From positions 4,422 through 68,421 of the forward strand of contig CAJUOT010000005.1 in assembly GCA_910588135.1 (NCBI GenBank): a DNA stretch of 64,000 bases, read 5' to 3'. Numbering within the stretch: the first letter of the stretch is position 1; each line of letters opens with the position of its first letter. Source of the stretch: an uncultured Oscillospiraceae bacterium (GTDB lineage Bacteria > Bacillota > Clostridia > Oscillospirales > Oscillospiraceae). The notes under the pieces are model-generated. The model did not search any database, was not told the DNA's origin, and saw only the letters and a list, made by a program, of their open reading frames with translations. The translations under genes were made by a program, and so were the position numbers. Below, piece after piece: positions 52,220 through 61,704 of the stretch.

Positions 52220-52447
52220 ATGGAAGAACTGCTGGATATCCTGCGGGAGCTGCACCCGGACGTGGACTTCGAGAACTGCGGCAATCTGATCGACGGCAAA
52301 ATCCTGGACTCCATTGACATTGTCACCCTGGTGGCGGAGATCGGCGACGCCTTCGATGTAGAGGTCCCGGCCGAGGAGCTGACGCCGGAGAACTTCAATT
52401 CCGCCCAGGCCCTGTGGGCCATGATCCAGCGGCTGGACGAGGCGTGA
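52220..52447 (+). CDS. Acyl/D-alanyl carrier protein (DltC-like)
   Basis: 75 aa, with the phosphopantetheine attachment motif ILDSIDIVTLV. Confidence 0.8.
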   Translation: MEELLDILRELHPDVDFENCGNLIDGKILDSIDIVTLVAEIGDAFDVEVPAEELTPENFNSAQALWAMIQRLDEA

Positions 52448-52457
52448 GCGCGGCGCC

Positions 52458-54047
52458 ATGAGCTTTGCTTCGACTCAGTTTCTGGCCTTTTTCGCGGCGC
52501 TGTTCCTGCTGTACTACGCCATTCCCAGGCGGCACCAGTGGAAGCTGCTGCTGGCCGGCAGCCTGTTTTTCTACTGGTTTGCCGGGTGGTGGTGCCTGAT
52601 CTACATCGGCGTGACCACGGTGACCACCTATCTGGCGGGCCGGAAGATCGCCGCGCTGGCCGCTTCCCAGGAGGAGTGGCTCAAAGCCCACCGGGACGAG
52701 CTGTCCAAGGAGGAGCGCAAGGCCCGGAAGGCGAAGGACAAATCTGTCCGCTTCCGCTGGATGCTGGGGTGTCTGCTGGTGAATTTCGGCATTCTGGCGG
52801 TGGTGAAATACGCCAATTTCGTGCTGGGCAACGTCAGCGCCCTGACTGTTTTCTTCGGCGGGCAGCCGATTCCCTCCCTGTCCCTGGTGCTGCCCATGGG
52901 AATTTCCTTCTACACCTTCCAGGCCATGGGCTACCTCATCGACGTATACTGGGGCAAGTGCCGGGCCGAGCGGAATCTGGGCCGGTTCGCCCTGTTCGTC
53001 ACCTTCTTTCCCCAGCTGATCCAGGGGCCCATCAGCCGCTTCGGCGAGCTGAGCCGGACCCTCTGCGGAGAGCACCCCTGGGACTCCCGGCAGATCGCCA
53101 TGGGGGCGGAGCGGGTGCTGTGGGGGCTGGCAAAGAAGCTGATCGTGGCCGACCGGCTGGCCATCCCCCTGCGGGCCCTGGTGTCCGACCCGGAGCGGTA
53201 TACGGGCGTGTACGTGCTGGCGGTGGTGTTCCTGTACGCTGTCCAGCTCTACGCCGACTTCACCGGCGGCATTGACATCACCATCGGCGCGGCCCAGATG
53301 CTGGGCGTGAAGGTGACGGAGAACTTTCAGCGGCCCTTCTTCTCCAAGAGCGCGGCGGAGTACTGGCGGCGCTGGCACATCACCATGGGCACCTGGTTCC
53401 GGGACTACCTGTTCTATCCCATGTCGGTGTCCAGGCCGATCTTGAAGCTGCACCAGAAATGCCGGAACCGCTTCGGCCGCTTCGGCAAGCACGTGGGCGT
53501 GCACACGTGCAGCATCATCCTCTGGTTCGTCACCGGCCTGTGGCATGGGGCCAGCTGGAATTTCATCGTCTGGGGCCTGCTCAACGGCATGGTCATTATC
53601 GTCTCCCAGGAGCTGGAGCCGCTGTACGCCCGGTTTCACGCCCGCTTCCCCAGCCTGAAAGGGAGCCGGGGCTGGGATCTGGTGCAGGTTGCGCGCACCT
53701 TCTGGCTCATGGGGATCATCCGGGTGCTGGACGTGTACCGGGACGTGCCCCTCACCTTCCGCCAGCTGGGGACGGTGTTCACCGCCCTCCGGCCCCAGAC
53801 GCTGTGGGACGGCTCCTTCCTGGAGCTGGGCATCGGCGCGGGGGACTGGCTTGTCGCCGCCGCCGGGGCGGGGGCCATGCTGGTTTGCAGTCTGCTGGGC
53901 CGGCGGGAGCCGGTGCGGGTGCGGCTGACGCGGGACCACCCCCAGCTGGCCTGGGGCGGGTGCGTGCTGCTGGCGCTGCTCACCCTGGTGTTCGGGGTGT
54001 ACGGCATCGGCTTTGACGCCACCCAGTTCATCTACAACCAATTCTGA
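52458..54047 (+). CDS. MBOAT family O-acyltransferase (DltB/AlgI-like)
   Basis: Polytopic. EYWRRWHITMGTWFRDYLFYP carries the conserved MBOAT His. 529 aa, longer than the canonical DltB as I recall it. Confidence 0.85.
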   Translation: MSFASTQFLAFFAALFLLYYAIPRRHQWKLLLAGSLFFYWFAGWWCLIYIGVTTVTTYLAGRKIAALAASQEEWLKAHRDELSKEERKARKAKDKSVRFRWMLGCLLVNFGILAVVKYANFVLGNVSALTVFFGGQPIPSLSLVLPMGISFYTFQAMGYLIDVYWGKCRAERNLGRFALFVTFFPQLIQGPISRFGELSRTLCGEHPWDSRQIAMGAERVLWGLAKKLIVADRLAIPLRALVSDPERYTGVYVLAVVFLYAVQLYADFTGGIDITIGAAQMLGVKVTENFQRPFFSKSAAEYWRRWHITMGTWFRDYLFYPMSVSRPILKLHQKCRNRFGRFGKHVGVHTCSIILWFVTGLWHGASWNFIVWGLLNGMVIIVSQELEPLYARFHARFPSLKGSRGWDLVQVARTFWLMGIIRVLDVYRDVPLTFRQLGTVFTALRPQTLWDGSFLELGIGAGDWLVAAAGAGAMLVCSLLGRREPVRVRLTRDHPQLAWGGCVLLALLTLVFGVYGIGFDATQFIYNQF

Positions 54048-54060
54048 GGGGGCGGAGCGG

Positions 54061-55104
54061 ATGCGGAAAAAAATCTGTGCCGCCGCCCTGTGGTGCGCGG
54101 TGTTTGCCGTGGGATTCGGCCTGCTCAACGCCCTGTTTATCCCCAAGTACATGAGCGAGATCCCCGAGGGGGCGCTGATTGCCGAGTACTATAAGGAGGA
54201 GGCAGGCCACGACGTGGTGTTCATCGGGGACTGCGAGGTGTATGAAAACTTCTCCCCGGATGTGCTGTGGCGGGAGTACGGCATTCCCAGCTATATCCGG
54301 GGCAGCGCCCAGCAGCTCATCTGGCAGTCCTATTACCTGATGGAGGAGACGCTGAAGTACGAAACGCCCAAAGTGATGGTGTTCAACGTGCTGTCCATGA
54401 AGTACGGCGAGCCCCAGAGCGAGGCGTACAACCGCCTGAACCTGGACGGGATGAGGCTGTCCCCCCAGAAGCTGGCCGCCGTCCGGGCGTCCATGACGGA
54501 GGAGGAGAGCCTGCTGTCCTACCTGTTCCCCCTGCTGCGCTACCATTCCCGCTGGAATGAGCTGGGCGGGGAGGACGTGAAGTACCTGTTCCGCCGGGAC
54601 ATGGTGTCCGACAGCGGCTACCTGATGAACGTCCAGGTCCGTCCGGCGGAGGATGTGCCCCAGGGGCGGCCCCTGGCGGACTACTCCTTCGACCCGGTGT
54701 GCTGGGATTACCTGGACAAAATGGCGGACCTGTGCCAGGAGCACGGGGTGCAGCTGGTGCTCGTCAAGGCTCCCAGCCTCTACCCTTACTGGTACGGCCA
54801 GTGGGAGGAGCAGATTGAGGACTACGCCGCCCGGCGGGGGCTGGAATACCTGAATTTCCTGGAGCTGACGCAGGAGGCGGGCCTCGACTTCAGCGCCGAC
54901 ACCTATGACAACGGCCTGCACCTGAACCTCTACGGGGCGGAAAAGCTGTCCCGCTGGTTCGGGGCGTGGCTGTCGGAGCACTGCCCGGTGGAGGACCGCC
55001 GGGGCCAGCAGCCCTTCGAGGATATCTGGAGCGAGAAAAGCGCCGCCTACGCCGCCCGGAAAGCGCGGCTGGAGGCGGAATGGAACGCGCGGGAAGGCGC
55101 GTGA
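54061..55104 (+). CDS. Membrane-anchored SGNH/DltD-like accessory protein (putative)
   Basis: N-terminal TM helix (ICAAALWCAVFAVGFGLLNALFI). A block-I-like VVFIGDCEVY segment and a block-V-like YDNGLHLN segment. Its position after the MBOAT gene mirrors DltD/AlgJ-type partners. Confidence 0.55.
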   Translation: MRKKICAAALWCAVFAVGFGLLNALFIPKYMSEIPEGALIAEYYKEEAGHDVVFIGDCEVYENFSPDVLWREYGIPSYIRGSAQQLIWQSYYLMEETLKYETPKVMVFNVLSMKYGEPQSEAYNRLNLDGMRLSPQKLAAVRASMTEEESLLSYLFPLLRYHSRWNELGGEDVKYLFRRDMVSDSGYLMNVQVRPAEDVPQGRPLADYSFDPVCWDYLDKMADLCQEHGVQLVLVKAPSLYPYWYGQWEEQIEDYAARRGLEYLNFLELTQEAGLDFSADTYDNGLHLNLYGAEKLSRWFGAWLSEHCPVEDRRGQQPFEDIWSEKSAAYAARKARLEAEWNAREGA

Positions 55105-55121
55105 GAAAGGATGGATTCAGA

Positions 55122-55652
55122 ATGAAACGGAAGCTGTTCTGTGCGGCCCTGGCCCTGGTGCTGGCGTTCAGCCTCGCCGCCTGCGGCGGGAAGGACGGCG
55201 GGGGGAAAACCCCGGGGGATGCCAATTCCCAGCAGCCCGGTCCGAGTGCGGGCGGAGACGCCGCCTACGCATTCCGGAGCGGAGACGCGGCGGTGGCCAT
55301 CGACCAGGACATGGCGGAGGTGCTGTCCGCGCTGGGCGAGCCCAAGAGTTATTTTGAGGCAGAGTCCTGCGCCTTTGAGGGGCTGGACAAGACCTACACC
55401 TACTCCGGCTTTGTCATCACCACCCGGCCTGACGGGGACAAGGACTATGTGAGCTCCATTGTCCTCACCGACGACAGCGTGACCACCCCGGAAGGGGTGT
55501 ACATCGGCTCGCCCGCCGGCGATGTCACCGCCGCCTACGGGCAGGGCGATACGGCGTCGGATACCTTGCTGGGCTACGTCAAGGGCGGCACGGCGCTGAA
55601 CTTTATCCTGGACGGGGGCAAGGTGATCTCCATCGAGTATCTGGCGGAATAA
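55122..55652 (+). CDS. Hypothetical lipoprotein
   Basis: MKRKLFCAALALVLAFSLAACGG has a lipobox. 176 aa, no recognised catalytic motif. Confidence 0.65.
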   Translation: MKRKLFCAALALVLAFSLAACGGKDGGGKTPGDANSQQPGPSAGGDAAYAFRSGDAAVAIDQDMAEVLSALGEPKSYFEAESCAFEGLDKTYTYSGFVITTRPDGDKDYVSSIVLTDDSVTTPEGVYIGSPAGDVTAAYGQGDTASDTLLGYVKGGTALNFILDGGKVISIEYLAE

Positions 55653-55667
55653 GCGCTGGACTGGTCC

Positions 55668-55701
55668 GGACGGCGGGAGCCTGCTCCCGCCGTCCCTTTT
55701 T
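55668..55701 (+). terminator. Rho-independent terminator
   Basis: GGACGGCGGGAG-CCTG-CTCCCGCCGTCC followed by CTTTTT. Confidence 0.85.
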
Positions 55702-55792
55702 CACCCCCGTCCGTCCCCGGCATACAATGGGAGTGGAAGGGGAACGCCACACGGGCCCCTTCCCTATCAACCATGAACCGGGAGGTACTACT

Positions 55793-56626
55793 ATGGCCGA
55801 TTTCATCGAGCCGGGCCCGATCTGCGATACCGCCGGTATTCGCGAGGCCGTGTGCATCCACACCCGAAAGATTTTCGATTCCTGCCGTGACAAGGACTGT
55901 GTCGAGGACCTGCGGCTCTATCCCACCGTCAGTTCCCAGGCCGTCATCGACCGGGCCATCAGTTTGAAGGCCGGGCAGGCTGAGCTGCTGTACGCTTACA
56001 TCGACGTGGAGCCCGTGGGCTTCAACCGGGGCTACTTCACCGTGGACGTGCGCTATTTCTACCGCGTCACCGCCGACGCCTTCGTGGGCGCGGCCCGGCC
56101 GGTGTCCATCTGTGGGCTGGCGGTGTTTGACAAGCGGGCCATCCTGTTCGGCAGCGAGGGCAGCGCCAAGGTGTTCTCCTCCAACAGCCGGGTGGAGGAC
56201 CTGGACGAACAGAACCTGATGAGCACCAACCTGCCCATCGCGGTGGTCAACTCCGTGGACCCCATCATCCTGTCCATGCGCCTGTCCGACCCCTGCGAGC
56301 CGCCCGCCTGCGCCTGCGGCGACGGGGCTGAGGTGCCCGCGGGCATCGCGGGCTGCTTCCCCGGCGAGCTGAACATGGGGGGCGAGGGCCGGCGGGTGTA
56401 CGTCACCCTGGGCCAGTTTTCCATCATCCGCCTGGAGCGGGACAGCCAGCTGCTCATCCCCGCCTACGATTACTGCATGCCCAGCAAGGAGTGCACCGGC
56501 GGCGGCAGCGAGGAGGACCCCTGCGCCATTTTCCGTCAGGTGCAGTTTCCCACCGAGGAGTTTTTCCCGCCCAACACCATTGCGCCCCCGGAGGGCTACC
56601 AGGAGACCAAGAACTATTGCAGCTGA
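55793..56626 (+). CDS. Cys-rich hypothetical protein (possible spore-associated protein)
   Basis: ATG 55793 lies 7 nt after GGGAGG. 277 aa with clustered Cys residues (CIHTRKIFDSCRDKDC; DPCEPPACACGDG; DYCMPSKECTGG; DPC; terminal NYCS). The promoter-like CATACAAT sits at 55721-55728. Confidence 0.6.
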   Translation: MADFIEPGPICDTAGIREAVCIHTRKIFDSCRDKDCVEDLRLYPTVSSQAVIDRAISLKAGQAELLYAYIDVEPVGFNRGYFTVDVRYFYRVTADAFVGAARPVSICGLAVFDKRAILFGSEGSAKVFSSNSRVEDLDEQNLMSTNLPIAVVNSVDPIILSMRLSDPCEPPACACGDGAEVPAGIAGCFPGELNMGGEGRRVYVTLGQFSIIRLERDSQLLIPAYDYCMPSKECTGGGSEEDPCAIFRQVQFPTEEFFPPNTIAPPEGYQETKNYCS

Positions 56627-56631
56627 ACGCA

Positions 56632-56710
56632 GGGAGGGGCGGGGCGGCTTTTCGCCCCGCTCCCTGAAAAGCTGTGCCGGAGGGCTGCTCCGCGCAGCTT
56701 TTTAATTTTT
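56632..56710 (+). terminator. Tandem hairpins; the second is followed by a U-tract
   Basis: GGGAGGGGCGGGGCG...CGCCCCGCTCCC, then AAAAGCTGTGC...GCGCAGCTTTTT. Confidence 0.7.
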
Positions 56711-56840
56711 CGTGAAGCCTATTCTCACGGGGGAAAAAATGTGGTATAGTAAATAAAAATTGGAAAAGCGTCAAATGATACCCTTAGCCTTGCCTGATTG
56801 TAAGCCAGCGGCACAAAAACCATTTTCCGGGAGGCCCCCT

Positions 56841-57815
56841 ATGATGGACTGGAACGCCTTGTATGACCGTCTGCGCGCCGCCGCCCCCGCCCTGGAGCTG
56901 CGCCGGGACGAACCCATGTCCCGCCACACCTCCTTCCAGGTGGGCGGGCCGGTGCCCATTATGGCCCTGCCCAAGGACGAGGAGGAGGTGGGGCAGATTC
57001 TCTCCGTGGCCGTAATGGAGTTCGGCCTGCGCCCCTTCTTCATGGGCAAGGGCACCAACCTGCTGGTGTCGGACGCGGGGGCCGATCTGCTGGTGGTCAA
57101 AGCCTACGACGGCCTGAACCGTCTGGAGCTTCTGCCCGAGGGGGAGTGGCCCGGGCGGCGCACCATCCAGGCGGGCAGCGGCGTGTCCCTGGCGCGGCTG
57201 GCCAGCTTCGCCCTGGAGTGCGGCCTCACCGGGCTGGAGTTTGCCCACGGCATCCCCGGCAGCGTAGGGGGCGGGGTCTACATGAACGCCGGAGCCTACG
57301 GCGGGGAGATGGGGCAGGTGGTGTCCAGCGTGGTGTCCAACGCCCTGCCGCCGGAGGAGTTCCTCCGGGAACACGTCAACCCCCAATTCTCCTACCGCCG
57401 CAGCCAGTTCCAGGATCACGACAGTTTTATCGTCCGGGCCAGCTTCTCCCTGGAACCGGGCGACCCGGCGGAGATCAAGGCCAGGATGGACGACCTGGCC
57501 CAACGCCGCCGGGAAAAGCAGCCCCTGGAATACCCCAGCGCGGGCAGCACCTTCAAGCGGCCCGCTCCCGTGGACGGGCAGCCCGTCTACGCCGCCGCGC
57601 TGATTGACCAGTGCGGCTTGAAGGGGCTTGCCGTTGGCGGGGCCCAGGTGTCGGAGAAGCACGCGGGCTTTGTCATCAACCGGGGCGGGGCCAGCTGTGA
57701 GGACATTGTGAAGCTGATGGCCCAGGTGCGGGAGCGGGTATCCCGGGAGACCGGCGTCACGCTGGAGCCGGAGGTGCGCTATCTGGGGAAGGAGGGAGAA
57801 GGGTGGAATTTCTGA
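56841..57815 (+). CDS. murB: UDP-N-acetylenolpyruvoylglucosamine reductase
   Basis: EPMSRHTSFQVGGP, GKGTNLLVSD, HGIPGSVGGGVYMNAGAYG, PSAGSTFKRP, SEKHAGFVIN. ATG 56841 follows GGGAGG. Confidence 0.9.
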   Translation: MMDWNALYDRLRAAAPALELRRDEPMSRHTSFQVGGPVPIMALPKDEEEVGQILSVAVMEFGLRPFFMGKGTNLLVSDAGADLLVVKAYDGLNRLELLPEGEWPGRRTIQAGSGVSLARLASFALECGLTGLEFAHGIPGSVGGGVYMNAGAYGGEMGQVVSSVVSNALPPEEFLREHVNPQFSYRRSQFQDHDSFIVRASFSLEPGDPAEIKARMDDLAQRRREKQPLEYPSAGSTFKRPAPVDGQPVYAAALIDQCGLKGLAVGGAQVSEKHAGFVINRGGASCEDIVKLMAQVRERVSRETGVTLEPEVRYLGKEGEGWNF

Positions 57816-58666
57816 TTGTGTCCGGCCTGTCCGGGGCGGGCAAGTCCACCGTCATGTCTATTTTGGAGGACAGCGGCTTTTTCTGCGTGGACAACCTGCC
57901 CCCGGTGCTCATCCCCAAGTTTGCCGAGGTGTGTCTGGCGGGGGCGGGCTCCTACGAGCGGGTGGCCATGGTGTGCGACATCCGGGGCGGGGAGAAGTTT
58001 GACGGCCTGTTCGAGGCCATGGACACGCTGAAGGCCATGGAGTTCCAGTACAAGGTGCTGTTTGTGGACGCGGACGACGCGGCCATCATCAAGCGGTACA
58101 AAGAGACCCGCCGCAGCCACCCGCTGATGGGGGAGTGCGGAAGCCTGTTCGACGCGGTGGAGCGGGAGCGGGCCGCCATGGCCCCGGTGCGCGCCCACGC
58201 GGACTACGTGATTACCACCACCTCCCTGCCGGTGCGCAAGCTCCGGGGACAGGTGCTGGATATGTTTGCCCCCAACCGCAAAAGCGCCAACGAGATGAGC
58301 GTGACAGTGACCTCCTTCGGTTTCAAGTACGGCCTGCCCCTGGAGGCGGACCTGGTGCTGGACGTGCGGTTTCTGCCCAACCCCTTTTACGTTGAGGAGC
58401 TGCGGCCCAAGACCGGGCTGGACCAGGGGGTGGCGGACTACGTGTTCTCCAACCCCACCGCCCAGGAGCTGATGGAGCACCTGCGGGGGCTGATGGACTT
58501 CCTCCTGCCCCATTTTGTGGAAGAGGGCAAGAGCGCCCTGGTGGTCGCCATCGGCTGCACCGGGGGACGGCACCGCTCCGTGGCGGTGACCCACGCGCTC
58601 ACCGAGTACATCCAATCTCTGGGCTACGCCGCCGGCGAGACCCACCGGGACATGACGAGGGCATGA
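57803..58666 (+). CDS. rapZ: RNase adapter protein RapZ (YvcJ)
   Basis: LIVSGLSGAGKSTV (P-loop), DNLPP, DVRFLPNPFY, AIGCTGGRHRSV. Confidence 0.9.
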   Translation: MEFLIVSGLSGAGKSTVMSILEDSGFFCVDNLPPVLIPKFAEVCLAGAGSYERVAMVCDIRGGEKFDGLFEAMDTLKAMEFQYKVLFVDADDAAIIKRYKETRRSHPLMGECGSLFDAVERERAAMAPVRAHADYVITTTSLPVRKLRGQVLDMFAPNRKSANEMSVTVTSFGFKYGLPLEADLVLDVRFLPNPFYVEELRPKTGLDQGVADYVFSNPTAQELMEHLRGLMDFLLPHFVEEGKSALVVAIGCTGGRHRSVAVTHALTEYIQSLGYAAGETHRDMTRA

Positions 58667-59667
58667 ACATGATGGAACTGAAACGGCGCAAGGGCCCCGC
58701 CACTGTGGCCCTGGGGGGCGGGCACGGCCTTTCTGCCATCCTGCGGGGGTTGAAATTATACCTCGACGATCTCACCGCCATTGTCACCGTGGCCGACGAC
58801 GGGGGCGGCTCCGGGGTGCTCCGGGAAGACCTGGGCATGCCGCCCCCCGGAGACATCCGCAGCTGCATGGAGGCGCTGGCGGACACCGAATCGCTGATGC
58901 AGCAGCTGCTGGCCTACCGCTTCCCCGACGGAAGGCTGGCGGGGCAGGCGTTTGGCAACCTGCTGCTGGCGGCGCTGGATGGCATCTCCCCTTCTTTCGA
59001 CCAGGCGGTGGCCCGGATGAGCGAGGTTTTGGCGATTACGGGGCGTATTTTGCCGGTGACAAATGCCAATGTGCAATTGGAGGCCAGCTTTGAAAACGGG
59101 GCCAGTGTGCGGGGGGAGTCCAAAATTTTCGCCGCAAAAAAGGAGCAGAACTGCCGTATTCACCATGTGCGCCTGCTGCCCGAACACACCCCCGCCCTGC
59201 CCGCGGCTCTGGAGGCCATCCGGGAGGCGGAGGTCATCCTGCTGGGGCCGGGGAGCCTGTACACCAGTGTCATCCCCAATCTGCTGGTGGACGGCGTCTC
59301 CGAGGCCATCATCGACAGCCCGGCGCTGAAGATCTACGTCTGCAACATCATGACCCAGGACGGCGAGACGGAGGGGATGACCGCCCAGGACCATGTGGCG
59401 GCGCTGCTGGAGCACGGGGGGCCGGGACTGGTGGACCTGTGCCTGTGCAGCTCCGACCCCATCAGCCGGGAGCTGCTGGAGCGCTACTCCGCCGAGGACG
59501 CGGAGCCCATGCGGGTGGACCGCCGGGAGATGGAGCTGCTGGGGGTGGAGGTGGTGTGCCGCCCCCTGATGGATATGGACTGCGGCTATGCCCGCCACTC
59601 CGGGGTGAAGGTTGCCCGGGCGGTGCTGGACCTGTACCAGCAGCGGGCCGACACCAAGATATTCTGA
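58663..59667 (+). CDS. yvcK: YvcK/CofD-like gluconeogenesis/morphology factor
   Basis: VVALGGGHGLSAILRGLK, VTVADDGGGSG, GPGSLYTSVIPNLLV. Confidence 0.88.
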   Translation: MNMMELKRRKGPATVALGGGHGLSAILRGLKLYLDDLTAIVTVADDGGGSGVLREDLGMPPPGDIRSCMEALADTESLMQQLLAYRFPDGRLAGQAFGNLLLAALDGISPSFDQAVARMSEVLAITGRILPVTNANVQLEASFENGASVRGESKIFAAKKEQNCRIHHVRLLPEHTPALPAALEAIREAEVILLGPGSLYTSVIPNLLVDGVSEAIIDSPALKIYVCNIMTQDGETEGMTAQDHVAALLEHGGPGLVDLCLCSSDPISRELLERYSAEDAEPMRVDRREMELLGVEVVCRPLMDMDCGYARHSGVKVARAVLDLYQQRADTKIF

Positions 59668-59718
59668 GCGCCCGCCCACGGGGCGGGCGCGGGGATCACA
59701 CGACGAGGGGGGAGCGCG

Positions 59719-60630
59719 ATGGCTTTTTCGGCCGACGTGAAGGGGGAGCTGTGCCGCGCCCCCGTCAGCCGCAGGTGCTGCGCCATGGCGGAGGCTTACG
59801 GCATACTGCTGTTCTGCGGGGCGTTCCACCCCAGGCAGGCCCGGATTGTCACCGAATGCGGGGCGCTGAAGGAGCGGCTGCCCGCCCTGTTCCGAAAAGC
59901 CTTCAAGGTGTCCTTTGACCAGACCCCCGAGCCGGGGGAGGGAAAGGGGACGTTTCTCATTGAGAGCCCCGCCAAGCTGGGGGCCATTTTTGACGCCTTC
60001 GACCTGGACCGGGACGGCTCGGTGGCCCTGCACATCAATCTGGCCCCGCTGGAGGAGGAGCACTGCCGTGGGGCGTTTCTCCGGGGGGCGTTTCTGGCGG
60101 GGGGATCGGTGACCGACCCTATGAAGGGCTACCATCTGGAGCTGGCCACCTCCCACTACCATGTGGGCCGGGAGCTGCCCGCCCTGCTGCGGGAGGCGGG
60201 CTTTGAACCCAAGGAGACGGAGCGCAAGGGGAACTACGTGGTGTACTTCAAACACTCCGACCATATTGAGGATTTTTTGACCTACCTGGGCGCGCCGGTG
60301 GCCGCCATGGGGGTGATGGCGGCCAAGATCGAGCGGGACCTGCGGGGCAGCGTGAACCGGCAGGTGAACTGTGACAGCGCCAACCTGGACAAGACGGTGG
60401 CGGCGGCCAGGGAGCAGATGGCGGCCATTGAACGCCTGCGGGAGTCGGGGCGGCTGGATTCTCTTCCGGACAAGCTCCAAGAGGCGGCGCGGCTGAGAAT
60501 CGAAAATCCGGAGCTGAACCTGGGCCAGCTGGGGGCGCTGTGCGATCCGGCGGTGAGCAAGTCGGCGCTGAACCACCGGATGCGGAAATTGCTGGAATTG
60601 GCGGAGGGCTTGGGCCATGAGGCGGTATGA
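59719..60630 (+). CDS. whiA: DNA-binding protein WhiA
   Basis: FSADVKGEL...CCAMAEAYGILLF, LAGLIDADG-like repeats (FLRGAFLAGGSVTDP), C-terminal HTH (LGQLGALCDPAVSKSALNHRMRKL). Confidence 0.9.
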   Translation: MAFSADVKGELCRAPVSRRCCAMAEAYGILLFCGAFHPRQARIVTECGALKERLPALFRKAFKVSFDQTPEPGEGKGTFLIESPAKLGAIFDAFDLDRDGSVALHINLAPLEEEHCRGAFLRGAFLAGGSVTDPMKGYHLELATSHYHVGRELPALLREAGFEPKETERKGNYVVYFKHSDHIEDFLTYLGAPVAAMGVMAAKIERDLRGSVNRQVNCDSANLDKTVAAAREQMAAIERLRESGRLDSLPDKLQEAARLRIENPELNLGQLGALCDPAVSKSALNHRMRKLLELAEGLGHEAV

Positions 60631-61072
60631 GTTCCACAGCGCCCTGCCGCCGGAGGAGATCATGGCCCGCTTGCGAAAGCGGACCCGCCCCTGGTCCCGG
60701 CTGGACGGCTGGACCGCCCGAAACACTTGGTTTTTGCGGGAGGGCGGGGAGGGACCGCCCCGCCTTATTTGCACCGGCCCGGCGCGGAGCTACGGATTTG
60801 CCGGGCTGACTTTGACTCCGGCGGAGGGCGGAACGGATATCACGGCGCTTGTGGGCGCGGCGAAAACCATGTACATTGCCGATATTGTCCTGGCGGTCAT
60901 GCTGGCCGGAATGGCTTTGATTCGCGTATATCTCACCGGCAGCCCGCTGGGGGCGCTGGGGGTTCTGGTGCGCTACGGGTGGATTGCGCCGGTGATGGCG
61001 TGGACGGGAAGCCTCACCCGCCGGAAACTGCCTGAGCTGGTGAATTTCATCGGGGACAATCTGCTGGCGTGA
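60617..61072 (+). CDS. Hypothetical membrane protein, paralogue 1 of a tandem family (YEFHS...DNLL)
   Basis: MRRYEFHSALPPEEIMARL..., two TM helices, C-terminal LPELVNFIGDNLLA. ATG lies 8 nt after GGAGGG and overlaps the whiA 3' end by 14 nt. Confidence 0.6.
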   Translation: MRRYEFHSALPPEEIMARLRKRTRPWSRLDGWTARNTWFLREGGEGPPRLICTGPARSYGFAGLTLTPAEGGTDITALVGAAKTMYIADIVLAVMLAGMALIRVYLTGSPLGALGVLVRYGWIAPVMAWTGSLTRRKLPELVNFIGDNLLA

Positions 61073-61097
61073 CGGCTTGCGCAAGGGGGCGGCAGTT

Positions 61098-61670
61098 GTG
61101 AAAAAATATGAATTCCACAGCGTCCTCCCCCCGGAAGAGCTGAAAAAGCGGCTGATCTGGGAGACCGCCGTGGAAAACGAGCAGTATAAAAAACAGTTCA
61201 AGATCGCCCTGCGCTGGAAGGGGGAGCGCGAGTTCACCTTCTACACTGTGGGATATAACGGCGGTTCCGGGGCTTACCGCTCGGCGGAGGCGGGGACACG
61301 GGGCGCTTCCATGGATTTTTGGGCTGGGGCGGGCTGGAGCGCAGCCTTTTCCCCTGTATTCTGCGGGCAGATCGCCCCGGATGGGGCGGGCAGCGTGATA
61401 TCCGGCCACTTCCGCCAGCCGCTGTGGGGCTGGGCCGTGTGCATCGGCGGAGTACACGGCCTGGGCGTCATCTCCTGCGCCGTGACAGGACGATACTGGA
61501 TATATGTAATCGCCCTGATCCTGGGTATCCCCATGTTTCGGGATTTCCTTTTTCCGGAGCGAACGAAGGGCGCCGGAGAGCTCTGGGATATGCTCGAATA
61601 TCTGGTGGAGACTGTTGGCGGCTTTGCGATGGAGCGGGAGAAATCAAGCAAGAGTCAAATTGAGGAGTAA
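61098..61670 (+). CDS. Hypothetical membrane protein, paralogue 2 (divergent C-terminus)
   Basis: (V/M)KKYEFHSVLPPEELKKRL..., GAGSVISGHF, two TM helices. GTG 61098 lies 8 nt after GGGGG. The TTG at 61077 has no RBS. Confidence 0.55.
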   Translation: MKKYEFHSVLPPEELKKRLIWETAVENEQYKKQFKIALRWKGEREFTFYTVGYNGGSGAYRSAEAGTRGASMDFWAGAGWSAAFSPVFCGQIAPDGAGSVISGHFRQPLWGWAVCIGGVHGLGVISCAVTGRYWIYVIALILGIPMFRDFLFPERTKGAGELWDMLEYLVETVGGFAMEREKSSKSQIEE

Positions 61671-61704
61671 AAGCCCTGCCCCCCTGAAAAGGAGGCTGTT
61701 CGCT

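Noticed and set aside
59668-59690. GC hairpin GCGCCCGCCC-ACG-GGGCGGGCGC after yvcK as a terminator
   Set aside because: It has no U-tract, and whiA follows 30 nt later in a conserved operon. It is more likely a neutral or processing hairpin.
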